A stretch of 45,620 nucleotides of DNA from an uncultured Candidatus Saccharibacteria bacterium (GCA_964650085.1 CAZYSE010000003.1:1743-47362), one strand, 5' to 3'. Numbered from the stretch's first letter, positions 18,485 to 27,768 are shown. Program-made: numbers and translations. The notes: a model not told the origin generated them from the letters alone.

Positions 18485-19150
18485 ATGAACAAATATTTAA
18501 TAATTGATTTTGATAGCACAATAAACAAACTGGAAGCACTAGACGAACTGGCTAAGATCGTAGACCTAAAAAATGGTTCGTCTGAGGTATCAGAAAAGAT
18601 CGCAGCAATTACTGAACTAGGAATGAAAGGTGAGATAAGTTTTGACGAATCTCTAACTAGAAGAATGGATATTCTTAAGTTTGATAAAAACGATTTAGAA
18701 GCTTTGGTGTTGAAATTAAAAGAAAATTTTACCGATTCTTTTATTTCTAACAGGGCTATTTTAAAAGAGCTAGCCGATTCAATAATTGTAATTTCAGGAG
18801 GCTTTAAGGATTTTATAGTTCCTGCTTTGAACGACTTTGATATTAAACCAGGGAACATATACGCTAATACTTTCGAATTTGATTCAAACGGAGTTTGTAT
18901 TGGTTTCGATGCTTCTAATCCTTTAGCTTCAGATCAGGGAAAGGTTAAAACTGTTTCTAAAATTAACCTACAAGGTCAAATCGTAGTAGTTGGAGATGGA
19001 TTCACCGATTATCAGATTAAGGACAAAGGAATGGCAACAAAGTTCGTTGCTTTTGTAGAGAATGTTAATCGACCCAATGTTGTAGCAAATGCAGATTTTG
19101 TAGCAAACAACTTTGATCAAGTTTTTAAATACTTCAAAAATCTTGATTAG
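18485..19150 (+). CDS. HAD-IB family hydrolase, phosphoserine-phosphatase-like
   Basis: Motif I is LIIDFDSTI, motif II is ISGGFKDFI, and the late motif is VVVGDGFTDYQ, as in the SerB/HAD-IB family. Confidence 0.65.
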   Translation: MNKYLIIDFDSTINKLEALDELAKIVDLKNGSSEVSEKIAAITELGMKGEISFDESLTRRMDILKFDKNDLEALVLKLKENFTDSFISNRAILKELADSIIVISGGFKDFIVPALNDFDIKPGNIYANTFEFDSNGVCIGFDASNPLASDQGKVKTVSKINLQGQIVVVGDGFTDYQIKDKGMATKFVAFVENVNRPNVVANADFVANNFDQVFKYFKNLD

Positions 19151-19224
19151 TTAGTGTCTTCAAACGTATACTAAACTATAGTAGAATGAGTTTAATCTCA
19201 TTTTATTACTGAATAATTTTAGGA

Positions 19225-19284
19225 TTATATAGAACTTTACTTATCCTCGTATCAGGTACGGGGTTATATAGAAACTTTACTTAT
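19225..19284. repeat. 20/21-nt direct repeat upstream of the YggT-like gene
   Basis: The sequence ttatatagaactttacttat (19225..19244) repeats as ttatatagaaactttacttat (19264..19284). The copies are identical except for one extra A and are separated by 19 nt. Confidence 0.7.
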
Positions 19285-19296
19285 TATTGATATCTT

Positions 19297-19632
19297 ATGG
19301 AGCAGCGAACTACTACTACAGTCGTGAGGCAAGTTAATCCTTTTTCATATATTATGAGCACTCTCGCTAGTATTGTTTGGTTTATAATCGCTCTTATAAT
19401 GCTATTGATTGCGATAAGAATTGTTCTATTGCTTCTAGGTGCTGGTAATGCAGGAATTGTAAACACTATCTATGACTGGTCAAATATTTTCGTAGGACCA
19501 TTCGCTGGTATTTTCCCATCTACAACATACAACGGTAGCTTTTTTGATGCTGCTGCCTTAATTGCGTTTGTTGTTTACGGAATTGCAGGAGTGGTAATTA
19601 CATGGATACTTAGATTTTTTTCAAGAGCATAA
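19297..19632 (+). CDS. YggT-like small membrane protein
   Basis: Two or three TM helices. The pattern AIRIVLLLLGA....IVNTIYDWSNIFVGPFAGIFP resembles YggT-family proteins. Confidence 0.5.
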   Translation: MEQRTTTTVVRQVNPFSYIMSTLASIVWFIIALIMLLIAIRIVLLLLGAGNAGIVNTIYDWSNIFVGPFAGIFPSTTYNGSFFDAAALIAFVVYGIAGVVITWILRFFSRA

Positions 19633-19635
19633 CAA

Positions 19636-20259
19636 ATGAAAGAAATACAAGAAAACTTATTCGAAACAGTTGAGAAGTTTAAACCTTTTGAGATTTTGCC
19701 TGCAACATCGAAAAGGTCTTGGATTGAAGTAAGAGAAGATGTACGTGAACAAGTTCAAAAACTTGAGACTGCCATTCTCGCGTACGAAGATCAATCTACT
19801 GTTGAGGCAGAGGCTGCTCTGAAACAGTTTGAAGCTCGTGATCATGGGGACAGCATTTCAAACATGTATGTAAAGTTCCGAAAATTTTTGAAACTTGTAC
19901 TGGAAATGTATCTAATTGGTGGTTATGGTGCCGATATGTACGCAGATGAGTTTAGAGAAGGGTACCGCGAAGTTACCGCTGGATATTATGGAAGTTATTT
20001 CAAAATTAATGCAGAAGGTAAGAAAGTAATTGATGCCGTTATAAGTGACATAGAAGGTTTAGGCGACCAAGCTTCTGTTATAGAAAAAGAAATCAACTTA
20101 TTGAGTGTTGTTGAGAATCCTAATACAGATAGAGAAAAGTTATACAAACTGTGGGATGAAGTTAAGAAACTGCCAGAATCGCAAAAGAAGGCTGAGCTTA
20201 ACGATTTAATCAAGAAAAAGTTAAGCGAAACCAATACTCAGTTCTTAGATACCTATTAA
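19636..20259 (+). CDS. hypothetical helical protein
   Basis: 207-aa ORF starting 3 nt after the previous stop. No recognisable motif. Confidence 0.5.
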   Translation: MKEIQENLFETVEKFKPFEILPATSKRSWIEVREDVREQVQKLETAILAYEDQSTVEAEAALKQFEARDHGDSISNMYVKFRKFLKLVLEMYLIGGYGADMYADEFREGYREVTAGYYGSYFKINAEGKKVIDAVISDIEGLGDQASVIEKEINLLSVVENPNTDREKLYKLWDEVKKLPESQKKAELNDLIKKKLSETNTQFLDTY

Positions 20260-20269
20260 TAGATTCTAC

Positions 20270-20602
20270 TCAACAATTGATCCATGGGAAGGCAGCTTCA
20301 AAGGCCTTCTCTATTTTTTGAGCCCATTCCGTTTGCAAATGGTAAGTTTGTAGAGTTTTACATGCATCCATAAATCTTGTTACACCTTCATGTGTATCAA
20401 TAGGATATTTTAACTTTAATCCTGCAAGCCGAATATGTGTAACACAAAGCGAAACAGTGTTGTCGTCTGTTGAACCAAAATATAGTTTCATTAAAGATTC
20501 TTGCAGCTCTCGTCTGTCGTGTGGGGTTAGAGATTCTATAGGAACGACATTATTTTCTAGCAGCGGAGCAACAGGAAGAGTTAGGATTCCATCTGAATTC
20601 AT
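20270..20602 (-). CDS. hypothetical protein
   Basis: 110-aa ORF downstream of the kinase-like gene on the minus strand. No recognisable motif. Confidence 0.45.
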   Translation of the reverse strand: MNSDGILTLPVAPLLENNVVPIESLTPHDRRELQESLMKLYFGSTDDNTVSLCVTHIRLAGLKLKYPIDTHEGVTRFMDACKTLQTYHLQTEWAQKIEKAFEAAFPWINC

Positions 20603-20656
20603 AAAATAAGATAACCATTTAGGATGTTACCACTTCGAATTGTTTCTATCAATCTA

Positions 20657-21424
20657 CTATAAAACTAGAGCGGTCCTATATTTACGAATGACATCAATGT
20701 AATACAAACTATAGATGTCCTGCCTTAGCTTATCGATATACGCAAGGACCTCTGAGTGTTCTGAGTTTTCTGCTTTTAAACCAAAATGAACAGTAAATTC
20801 TGTAAGAATGTTGAGCAGTTCGTCTTGTTTGGCTCTATCATTTGTAGTAAAAAGCGAGTCTTCAAAATCATGAGGTATTATTCTTGAGTTGTTAATATCT
20901 ACCGCAAAGTTTTTCAGCTTTGCATCACCATGAATGAAGTTTCTCGAATGAATGTTAACTAGTTGAGACACCACTAAAGATATTGCCTTATACAAACCTT
21001 CTTTTATATTAATCTCTAACTTAGACAACGGGATAACGTTCATTAGTTCTGTAATCATAATTGAATCAACTCCCTGTTTACTATATCCTACAAGAGTAAA
21101 AGTTGTGATCTCTGGTATACTTTGACGAATAATTAGTTCCTTAGAAACCGATGTATTAGTTGAGGGTTTGATTACAACTGTCTTTCTCTGGCCAGAGGGG
21201 CTGACTAAAGCCGCAATAAAGATTCGATTTCTGCTGGTAGCCTTTGAGAATATAAAATTATCAAGTTGAGAATCTTGTCCTTCTACTTTGCAATGTTCGA
21301 AATTAGGATCAGAAAAAGTAACTAAACCTTGCTCAATTTGCTTGTTTAGCTGGTCTATCACAGCTTGTTCGTACGCGCTTTCGTCAAAGTCGGAATCTGC
21401 ACCTATTAGTTGATTTGAGTTCAT
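20657..21424 (-). CDS. minimal protein-kinase-like fold protein
   Basis: The catalytic-loop-like motif FIHGDAKLKNFAV (H-x-D-x-K-x-x-N) is followed by IIPHDFEDS (DFG-like). Upstream, VVIKP may be a VAIK-like Lys. At 255 aa it is about the size of RIO/Bud32/Kdo-kinase-type minimal kinases. Confidence 0.55.
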   Translation of the reverse strand: MNSNQLIGADSDFDESAYEQAVIDQLNKQIEQGLVTFSDPNFEHCKVEGQDSQLDNFIFSKATSRNRIFIAALVSPSGQRKTVVIKPSTNTSVSKELIIRQSIPEITTFTLVGYSKQGVDSIMITELMNVIPLSKLEINIKEGLYKAISLVVSQLVNIHSRNFIHGDAKLKNFAVDINNSRIIPHDFEDSLFTTNDRAKQDELLNILTEFTVHFGLKAENSEHSEVLAYIDKLRQDIYSLYYIDVIRKYRTALVL

Positions 21425-21551
21425 ATAAATATTCTATCAGCATTTAGCGACTATTACACTCACCGTAGTAAATTCAACGGTTACCCTTTGATAAGAAACC
21501 TTTACAGATATAGCTTTTCACTGTAAAATCCTTTCAATTAACGACTAATAT

Positions 21552-22766
21552 ATGTCTATACAATTTCCAGCGGGTAGCGACCATAAAATGCATCATCAAT
21601 ATATGATTTCCGATGAAGCAATTTCAGGAGCAAACAGCTACGAACTTCCGCAATTTTTAGATAAATACGAGACTCAGTATTACAGAATTGCACAGTTACT
21701 ATCAGGTGTAATTGCTAGAAGTTGTGAGTTACGTGATAATTCAGCAGAATCTAGATCCGAGTTTCTTGATAAATGCAGAAATTTCAGATTTAACTGGGAG
21801 TATATTCTTACTAGATTATCAAACCGAGGAATCGAGACTACACAAATTAATGATTACTTGCAGAAACTAAGTGCCATTATACTTGCTTTGATTTTAGACG
21901 AACTAAAGCAATTAGTCGAATTTGATGATATACAAAATGTATCTTCAGAACAATATTATGAATGGCCATTAGAAGTTCAAGACATGGTCGATATGATAAG
22001 TGAAACCGATGCTGATAGAAATCTTAAAGCGTATTCTCGAATACAGGAGTTCCTAGCGGGACTAATTGATGATGAAAGCACTATGGTGACCATTTTTGAA
22101 GAAACTAATGAAAACATAGTCTTACAGAGTGCACAGATTACGGAAGAAGATGCAGATGGTGATATTGCACCCAAAGTTGATAGATTTGCTTACGCGGAAG
22201 AATTGCTGATGTCAATCATCAACATCCTGAATACTGGGGAAACAAATTATGCTGCTGAATATACTATTCAAAACATTCTCCAAACTGGATCGTCAAGGGA
22301 CGATACTGCTCTTCCTGAATTGAGCGCAGGTGAAATGATCAGGGTAGAAGGCAATAAAGCAACTCTTAGCTGGTTAGCACTTTCGGAACGCTTGAGTGGC
22401 TACTTTCCAGCAGATGCAACAGACTTAGGGCTATCTAATACAAGTCTATACAATTTTCCTGATTCACTTGTTGTAGAAACTGGCATTCCACAAATAGATC
22501 CCGAGTTCTACATTTGTACAATAATTGAACTTCAACTAGCGCTAGCTATGAATTTAAGAAGATATGTAAACTCATACATAGAGATATATAGTTTAGAGGA
22601 TCCGGAAATTATTGAAGAAGTTGAAGTAAAGGAAGTGTTGTTTATTGCAAAAAGAATTTTAGCTGAAATTGAACAGGACATGTATGCACAGTTCCGACAA
22701 AGTGAGCAAACAAAGGTTATTATAAGAAACTCAAACAATAGTGAGCTAGAAATCGAGATTTTGTAA
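21552..22766 (+). CDS. hypothetical acidic protein
   Basis: 404-aa ORF divergent from the kinase-like gene. Strongly acidic, with no TM helix and no recognisable motif. Confidence 0.5.
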   Translation: MSIQFPAGSDHKMHHQYMISDEAISGANSYELPQFLDKYETQYYRIAQLLSGVIARSCELRDNSAESRSEFLDKCRNFRFNWEYILTRLSNRGIETTQINDYLQKLSAIILALILDELKQLVEFDDIQNVSSEQYYEWPLEVQDMVDMISETDADRNLKAYSRIQEFLAGLIDDESTMVTIFEETNENIVLQSAQITEEDADGDIAPKVDRFAYAEELLMSIINILNTGETNYAAEYTIQNILQTGSSRDDTALPELSAGEMIRVEGNKATLSWLALSERLSGYFPADATDLGLSNTSLYNFPDSLVVETGIPQIDPEFYICTIIELQLALAMNLRRYVNSYIEIYSLEDPEIIEEVEVKEVLFIAKRILAEIEQDMYAQFRQSEQTKVIIRNSNNSELEIEIL

Positions 22767-22808
22767 TGAATATATAAGTGATACAATACTTTAGATTAAC
22801 TTAAAACT

Positions 22809-24131
22809 ATGTCAAACCTACTACCGGAATCAGAAAAAGTAGCCATTAAAGACCTTTCAAAACACGTAGGCAATTCAGTAAGTTCTGAAGCTTGGGTTTC
22901 TAACAGTCGATCTTCAGGAAAGATTGCTTTTCTTCAACTTAGAGATGGTTCTGGTTTTGCACAAGCAGTTGTTGAAAAATCAAAAGTATCTGAAGAAGTT
23001 TGGAATCACGCGGAAAGTTTGACTCTAGAATCTTCTGTGAGAGTAACTGGAGTTGTATCAAAACACCCTAAATTCGATCAGTTTGAACTTCAAGTAACCG
23101 AAATTCATCCTTTAAGCATTGCACCAGAGTATCCAATAGGTAACAAAGATCATGGACCAGATTTTTTATTTGAAAAAAGAGACCTGTATTTAAGATCAAA
23201 AACTCCATGGGCTGTTTTAAGAATTCGTGACCAAATATTCAGAAGTATTACAAATTTCTTCCATGAAGAAGGATTTATTCGATTTGATACGCCAATTCTT
23301 CAACCAACAAGCGCAGAGGACACGAGTCAACTTTTTGAACTAGATTACTATGAAGAAAAAATGTATCTTACCCAATCAGGTCAACTTTATCTTGAGGCAG
23401 GAATCATGGGATTTGGAAAAGCCTATGACTTTGGACCTGTTTTTAGAGCAGAAAAAAGTAAGACACGAAATCACCTTTCTGAATTTTGGATGATGGATGC
23501 AGAAATGGCATTTTATGATCAACAGATGAATGAAGATGTTCAAGAAAGAATGGTAAAGCGAATAATTAGCGATTGTTTAGAGCATTGCAAAGAGGAGCTA
23601 AAGATTCTTGAAAGAGATACAACAATTCTGGAGAGATGCGTGAATGAGAAATTTATCAGAATGAAACATTACGATGCGAAGAAGTTCTTAGAGACAGAAA
23701 AAGGAATGACTGTGGTTTACAACGATGATATGACAACAGAAGAAGAAATTGAAATTGGAAATCATTTTCAAATACCAGTATTTATTGAGGATTATCCATT
23801 TGCTGTAAAAGCATTCTATATGAAGCGATATACAGATGAAAGAGGTATGGCAAGAGCTACAAACGCAGATTTAATAGCTCCAGAAGAAGCTAGAGAAATT
23901 ATTGGAGGTAGTCAAAGAGAAGATGATTATGAATTGCTACATAGTGAATTGGTAGCTAGAGAATATAAACTTGAAGACTATGAATGGTATTTGGCTGTCA
24001 GAAAATTTGGTAGCGTTCCTCATGCTGGTTATGGATTAGGATTAGAAAGAATGGTCAGATGGGTCTCTGGTGTTCATCATATTCGAGAAACTATCCCTTT
24101 CCCGAGAACTACGATACTTAGAAGGCCATGA
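22809..24131 (+). CDS. asnS: asparaginyl-tRNA synthetase
   Basis: Class IIb pattern with an OB-fold N-terminus (KIAFLQLRDGSGFAQAVV). Motif 2 is FRAEKSKTRNHLSEFWMMDAEMAF, which is Asn-type rather than Asp-type. Motif 3 is HAGYGLGLERMVRWVSGVHHIRETIPFPR. Confidence 0.85.
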   Translation: MSNLLPESEKVAIKDLSKHVGNSVSSEAWVSNSRSSGKIAFLQLRDGSGFAQAVVEKSKVSEEVWNHAESLTLESSVRVTGVVSKHPKFDQFELQVTEIHPLSIAPEYPIGNKDHGPDFLFEKRDLYLRSKTPWAVLRIRDQIFRSITNFFHEEGFIRFDTPILQPTSAEDTSQLFELDYYEEKMYLTQSGQLYLEAGIMGFGKAYDFGPVFRAEKSKTRNHLSEFWMMDAEMAFYDQQMNEDVQERMVKRIISDCLEHCKEELKILERDTTILERCVNEKFIRMKHYDAKKFLETEKGMTVVYNDDMTTEEEIEIGNHFQIPVFIEDYPFAVKAFYMKRYTDERGMARATNADLIAPEEAREIIGGSQREDDYELLHSELVAREYKLEDYEWYLAVRKFGSVPHAGYGLGLERMVRWVSGVHHIRETIPFPRTTILRRP

Positions 24132-24218
24132 GCTGTGTGCCTTGTGCTATGAGTAAGATTAACAGAAAGTTGTATTGAGACACAATGACAATCCACTGCG
24201 CAATAGCTAGAATTGCTT

Positions 24219-24578
24219 ATGCAGGATTTCAACAACTTAACAATTTACCAGGATTCTTATAATTTAGTATTAAAGATTTACAAGCTCACAGAAAGGTTTC
24301 CTAAAGCTGAAAAGTTTAATATTACATCTCAGTTACGCAGATCCAGTCTTTCAGTTACTTTGAATATTGCAGAAGGATCAAGTAGGGGAGGGGACAAAGA
24401 GTTTTCTCGATTTTTACAGATCTCTTTGGGTTCACTTGCAGAACTCCTAGTGATAGTACAGCTGTCAACTGAATTAAAATTTATCAACACTATTGAGCAG
24501 GAAGAACTCGTTCAGTCTTATGTAAAATTGAGAAAGATGATAATATCTCTTCGAACTAAAATATTGAATAATTTTTAA
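24219..24578 (+). CDS. four-helix-bundle protein (23S rRNA intervening-sequence protein / Avd-like family)
   Basis: Family pattern: YQDSYNLVLKIYKLTERFPKAEKFNITSQLRRSSLSVTLNIAEGSSR...FLQISLGSLAEL. I prefer the ATG at 24219 to the TTG at 24213. Confidence 0.8.
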   Translation: MQDFNNLTIYQDSYNLVLKIYKLTERFPKAEKFNITSQLRRSSLSVTLNIAEGSSRGGDKEFSRFLQISLGSLAELLVIVQLSTELKFINTIEQEELVQSYVKLRKMIISLRTKILNNF

Positions 24579-24580
24579 AT

Positions 24581-25474
24581 ATGCAAGAATCAAAAGACCA
24601 AAAGCTCAGTATCCCTAGCCCACAGCTCATCTCCATTCAAGGAAACATCGGCTCTTTTTCTCACATCGCGGCAACAAATTTATTTGGATCAGGAATTCAA
24701 CTTTTAGAACGTGATTCCTTTAAAGAAGTGTTTGATGATCTAAAAAACGATCGTTGTGAATCCATTGTCATACCTATAGAAAATTCAACTTATGGATCGA
24801 TATTCCAGAACTATGACTTGCTAGGATCAAACGATTTCGAAATATATAAAGAAGTGTATCTAAAAATCAAATTTCATTTAATTGGGTTACCTGCTAGTAG
24901 TTTTGAAGATATTGTAGAACTACATTCGCATCCAGTTGGACTTGGGCAAATTTCAAAATTCCTAGAAGAAAACAGACAGATAAAGGCAATAGAGTTTCCT
25001 GATACTGCAGGTGCAGTAAAAATGGTAAAAGAAACTAACGATTTAACCAAAGCTGCTGTAGCCAGTAAATTTGCTTCAAATATTTACGGAATGCAGATAC
25101 TAAAGGAAGATATTCACGAAAACCAAAACAATTACACAAGATTCTTTGCACTAAGGAAACGAAAAAATATTGAACAGCTCACTGCCCAAAGCCCAAAGCT
25201 GGCAAAAGCAAAAACTACAATCAAATTTCAGTTGGGAGAAGAATCAGGTAGTTTGTATAAATGTATTGGTGCTTTTGCAAAAAGAGATCTTGCATTGGTT
25301 AAAATAGAAAGTCGCCCAATTATAAATACGCACTGGGAATTCACATTCTACTTGGACATCAAAGCAGATTTGAATGGAATAGAAATGCAAGAAGCAATTG
25401 AAGAAATGAAACTATACTCTAAAGATTTTAGCGTTCTGGGATGTTATGATAAAGGAGTATACATTGATACGTAA
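24581..25474 (+). CDS. pheA: prephenate dehydratase (PDT domain + ACT domain)
   Basis: PDT-like GNIGSFSHIAA...ENSTYGSI...NYTRFFAL is followed by an ACT domain with SGSLYKCIGAFAKRDLALVKIESRP. It starts 2 nt after the previous stop. Confidence 0.8.
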   Translation: MQESKDQKLSIPSPQLISIQGNIGSFSHIAATNLFGSGIQLLERDSFKEVFDDLKNDRCESIVIPIENSTYGSIFQNYDLLGSNDFEIYKEVYLKIKFHLIGLPASSFEDIVELHSHPVGLGQISKFLEENRQIKAIEFPDTAGAVKMVKETNDLTKAAVASKFASNIYGMQILKEDIHENQNNYTRFFALRKRKNIEQLTAQSPKLAKAKTTIKFQLGEESGSLYKCIGAFAKRDLALVKIESRPIINTHWEFTFYLDIKADLNGIEMQEAIEEMKLYSKDFSVLGCYDKGVYIDT

Positions 25475-25479
25475 TAAAT

Positions 25480-26922
25480 ATGAATTCACTAGAAATACCT
25501 AAAATTGCAGGAATGCTTGAGACTGTTGAAAAAATCAAAATGGGCGAAATCAAAGTCGTTGATTTAGTTAAAGAGCACTTATCTAGAGCACATCAAATTA
25601 ATCCTGAGATAAACGCTTTTATTACTATTCTAGATGAGGCTTTATCACAAGCAGAAGAAACAGATAGAAAGATCGAAGCTAAAGATCCAGAAGTAATGAA
25701 CAAAAAGCTTTTAGGAATTCCCTTCACTGTAAAGGATTTATACTTAGTAGAAGGCACTCGAACTACTTTTTCATCAAAGTTGATGGAGGATTTTGTCGCT
25801 CCATACACAGCAACAGTTGCACAAAGATGTATTGACGAAGGTGCAATTTTAATTGGGAAATGTAACTCAGATCCTTGGGGATTTGGAGGAAGTGGGGAAA
25901 ATTCAGGATATGGTCCTACAAAGCATCCATTAGATTTCTCAAGAACACCTGGAGGATCAAGTTCTGGTTCAGCAGCATCTTTGTTGGCGGGAGTTGGATT
26001 CTTTGCGTTGGGAACAGATACAGGAGGTTCAGTTAGGCTACCAGCTTCTTTCTGTGGATTGTATGGCTTAAAACCGACGTACGGACGAAATTCTAGGTAT
26101 GGCATAGGTGCAATGGGCTCTTCATTTGATACTCCTGGGTTCTTTACGCGAAATATTGAAGACATGGAAGTTCTTGAAGAAATCATGGCTGGAAAGGATT
26201 TAAACGACGCAACTACAAGTGAAATTCAATATGCTCAAGGCTCAAGACCTAAAGCCCAAGGCTCAATTAAAATAGGTGTTCCTAAGGAATTCTTTTCAGA
26301 TTCTATTGATGCAGATGTGAAAGCAAGTATTGATTCATTTATATCAAAACTTAAAAATAATCCGAACGTTGAAGTTGTAGATTGTTCATTACCTTCTGCT
26401 CAACATGCACTAGCTGTTTACTATATTCTTGTACCCGCAGAGATTTCTTCAAATCGAGCAAGATACGATGGAGTAAGGTTTGGCAAAAAAACAGCAGATA
26501 ATTACGAAGAAAATCTTTTTGGCTCTCGAAGTAAATACCTAGAAGACGAAGTTAAACGTAGAATTTTAATTGGAACATATGCACTTAGCAAAGGATATTC
26601 AGATAAGTACTACAAACAAGCAAGTTTAGTGAGAGCCAAGATTGCTAAAGAATTTGATGAAGTCTTAAAAACAGTTGATTTTATACTTTCTCCTGTTTCA
26701 CCAACATCTGCTTTCAAACTAGGAGAAAAAATGGACGATCCGGTTCAAATGTATTTAGTGGATGTGTTTACAGTAACTGCAAATATCACTGGAAACCCTG
26801 CACTTAGTATCCCTATTGGCACTGACAAGAACAACCTTCCTGTTGGAATTCAAATCATTGGTAGTAAGTTTTCTGAACCTAGAATCTTTGAAGCTGCGAA
26901 ACAGTTTACAAACAACAACTGA
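25480..26922 (+). CDS. gatA: Asp-tRNA(Asn)/Glu-tRNA(Gln) amidotransferase subunit A
   Basis: The amidase signature GGSSSGSAASLLAG...GTDTGGSVRLPASFCGLYGLKPTYG is present, and the length and termini are typical of GatA. Confidence 0.85.
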   Translation: MNSLEIPKIAGMLETVEKIKMGEIKVVDLVKEHLSRAHQINPEINAFITILDEALSQAEETDRKIEAKDPEVMNKKLLGIPFTVKDLYLVEGTRTTFSSKLMEDFVAPYTATVAQRCIDEGAILIGKCNSDPWGFGGSGENSGYGPTKHPLDFSRTPGGSSSGSAASLLAGVGFFALGTDTGGSVRLPASFCGLYGLKPTYGRNSRYGIGAMGSSFDTPGFFTRNIEDMEVLEEIMAGKDLNDATTSEIQYAQGSRPKAQGSIKIGVPKEFFSDSIDADVKASIDSFISKLKNNPNVEVVDCSLPSAQHALAVYYILVPAEISSNRARYDGVRFGKKTADNYEENLFGSRSKYLEDEVKRRILIGTYALSKGYSDKYYKQASLVRAKIAKEFDEVLKTVDFILSPVSPTSAFKLGEKMDDPVQMYLVDVFTVTANITGNPALSIPIGTDKNNLPVGIQIIGSKFSEPRIFEAAKQFTNNN

Positions 26923-26956
26923 TTAGTTTATCCTGTAATGTATAGCACTTTTACCA

Positions 26957-27667
26957 ATGGCTGAAATTCAGGTCTACAAAAATAGGAATACATTCGTACG
27001 GAACTATTCGGGTATTCTTCTGAAAGTAATTATACCAGTTTTCTTTGTCTCAGTAGCAGTTTGTTTACTTCTGATCATTACTTACGGCAAAAGCACCATT
27101 GAAACAGTTCAAGCCGATAACCAAGTGTACGTACAGACTGAATATAGTTTTTCCCCGTATACCATTACAACTGAAGCTCCAAAGCTAAATAGATTAGAAT
27201 CTGAAAACTACGAGTTTAATTCATCTACAACACATTCCGATAAACGAGGCTACTTGTTTGACATGTATTTTAAAGATAATAATTCGCCACTTTACGGGAC
27301 GGGCGATTTATTTGCTGCAGCCTGCGATGCGTATGGTGCACCAAAAGAGTGCGTTACTGTAGTAGCTATCGCTAAGCATGAAACTGATCTTTGCAAATAC
27401 CAGAACTCATTCGAGATGAATAATTGTTGGGGTTGGGGAGGCGGTGGCGTACATAGAGTTGCATTTAATGATATTGGTGAAGGAATTTTTACAGTTACTA
27501 GAGTTTTAGTACAACAGTACGGTATTAGATATATGCTGGATCCATCGCTAATGGAAAGAGTATTTTGCGGACCAGATCCAGAATGTCACGAATGGGGATA
27601 CAGAGTAAGAAGTTTGATGACTGAGTTGAGAAATTATGCGATGAATAAAGGGATAGAATTAAATTAG
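26957..27667 (+). CDS. membrane-anchored exported protein, possibly a glucosaminidase (GH73/FlgJ-like) cell-wall hydrolase
   Basis: The N-terminal TM helix is LLKVIIPVFFVSVAVCLLLII. The C-terminal AAACDAYGAPKECVTVVAIAKHETDLCKYQNSFEMNNCWGWGG loosely follows the pattern ..YG.P...laQa.lESg.G.....NN.FG. The assignment is weak. Confidence 0.45.
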   Translation: MAEIQVYKNRNTFVRNYSGILLKVIIPVFFVSVAVCLLLIITYGKSTIETVQADNQVYVQTEYSFSPYTITTEAPKLNRLESENYEFNSSTTHSDKRGYLFDMYFKDNNSPLYGTGDLFAAACDAYGAPKECVTVVAIAKHETDLCKYQNSFEMNNCWGWGGGGVHRVAFNDIGEGIFTVTRVLVQQYGIRYMLDPSLMERVFCGPDPECHEWGYRVRSLMTELRNYAMNKGIELN

Positions 27668-27690
27668 GTTATGTAGGTTGTAGGATATAC

Positions 27691-27768
27691 GATGTAAGAT
27701 GACCGCATAAAATCTTAGTCATGTACTGAAGACTGATACTGATAACCAACACACTAATATCTTACATC
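27691..27768. repeat. 10-bp perfect inverted repeat (GATGTAAGAT / ATCTTACATC) enclosing 58 bp, related to the flanks of the 38302..38655 gene
   Basis: The arms are gatgtaagat at 27691..27700 and atcttacatc at 27759..27768. The same words flank the four-helix-bundle gene: gatgtaagat at 38271..38280 and atcttatatc at 38658..38667. Confidence 0.6.

Noticed and set aside
18472-18858. 128-aa ORF antisense to the HAD-IB hydrolase gene.
   Set aside because: It is a shadow ORF with Ser/Ile/Phe-rich, low-complexity translation. The sense strand carries clear HAD motifs.
24219-24578. Diversity-generating retroelement, since Avd accessory proteins belong to the same four-helix-bundle family (also considered for 38302..38655).
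   Set aside because: I could find no reverse transcriptase ORF and no template/variable repeat pair with A-specific mismatches anywhere in the window. The genes look like stand-alone family members.
25190-25200. The exact 11-mer AGCCCAAAGCT is shared by the pheA interdomain linker (25190..25200) and the intergenic region at 38961..38971. Similar CAAGGCTCAAG words occur in gatA (26236..26266). This looked like possible insertion of intergenic repeats into coding sequence.
   Set aside because: By rough estimate, hundreds of 11-mer coincidences are expected by chance in a 45-kb window. The encoded peptide segments fall in normally variable linkers, so there is no further support.
25593-26186. 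197-aa ORF antisense to gatA.
   Set aside because: It lies entirely within the strongly conserved GatA amidase-signature region on the opposite strand. Its product is low-complexity and Pro/Ser-rich, which is a typical shadow ORF.
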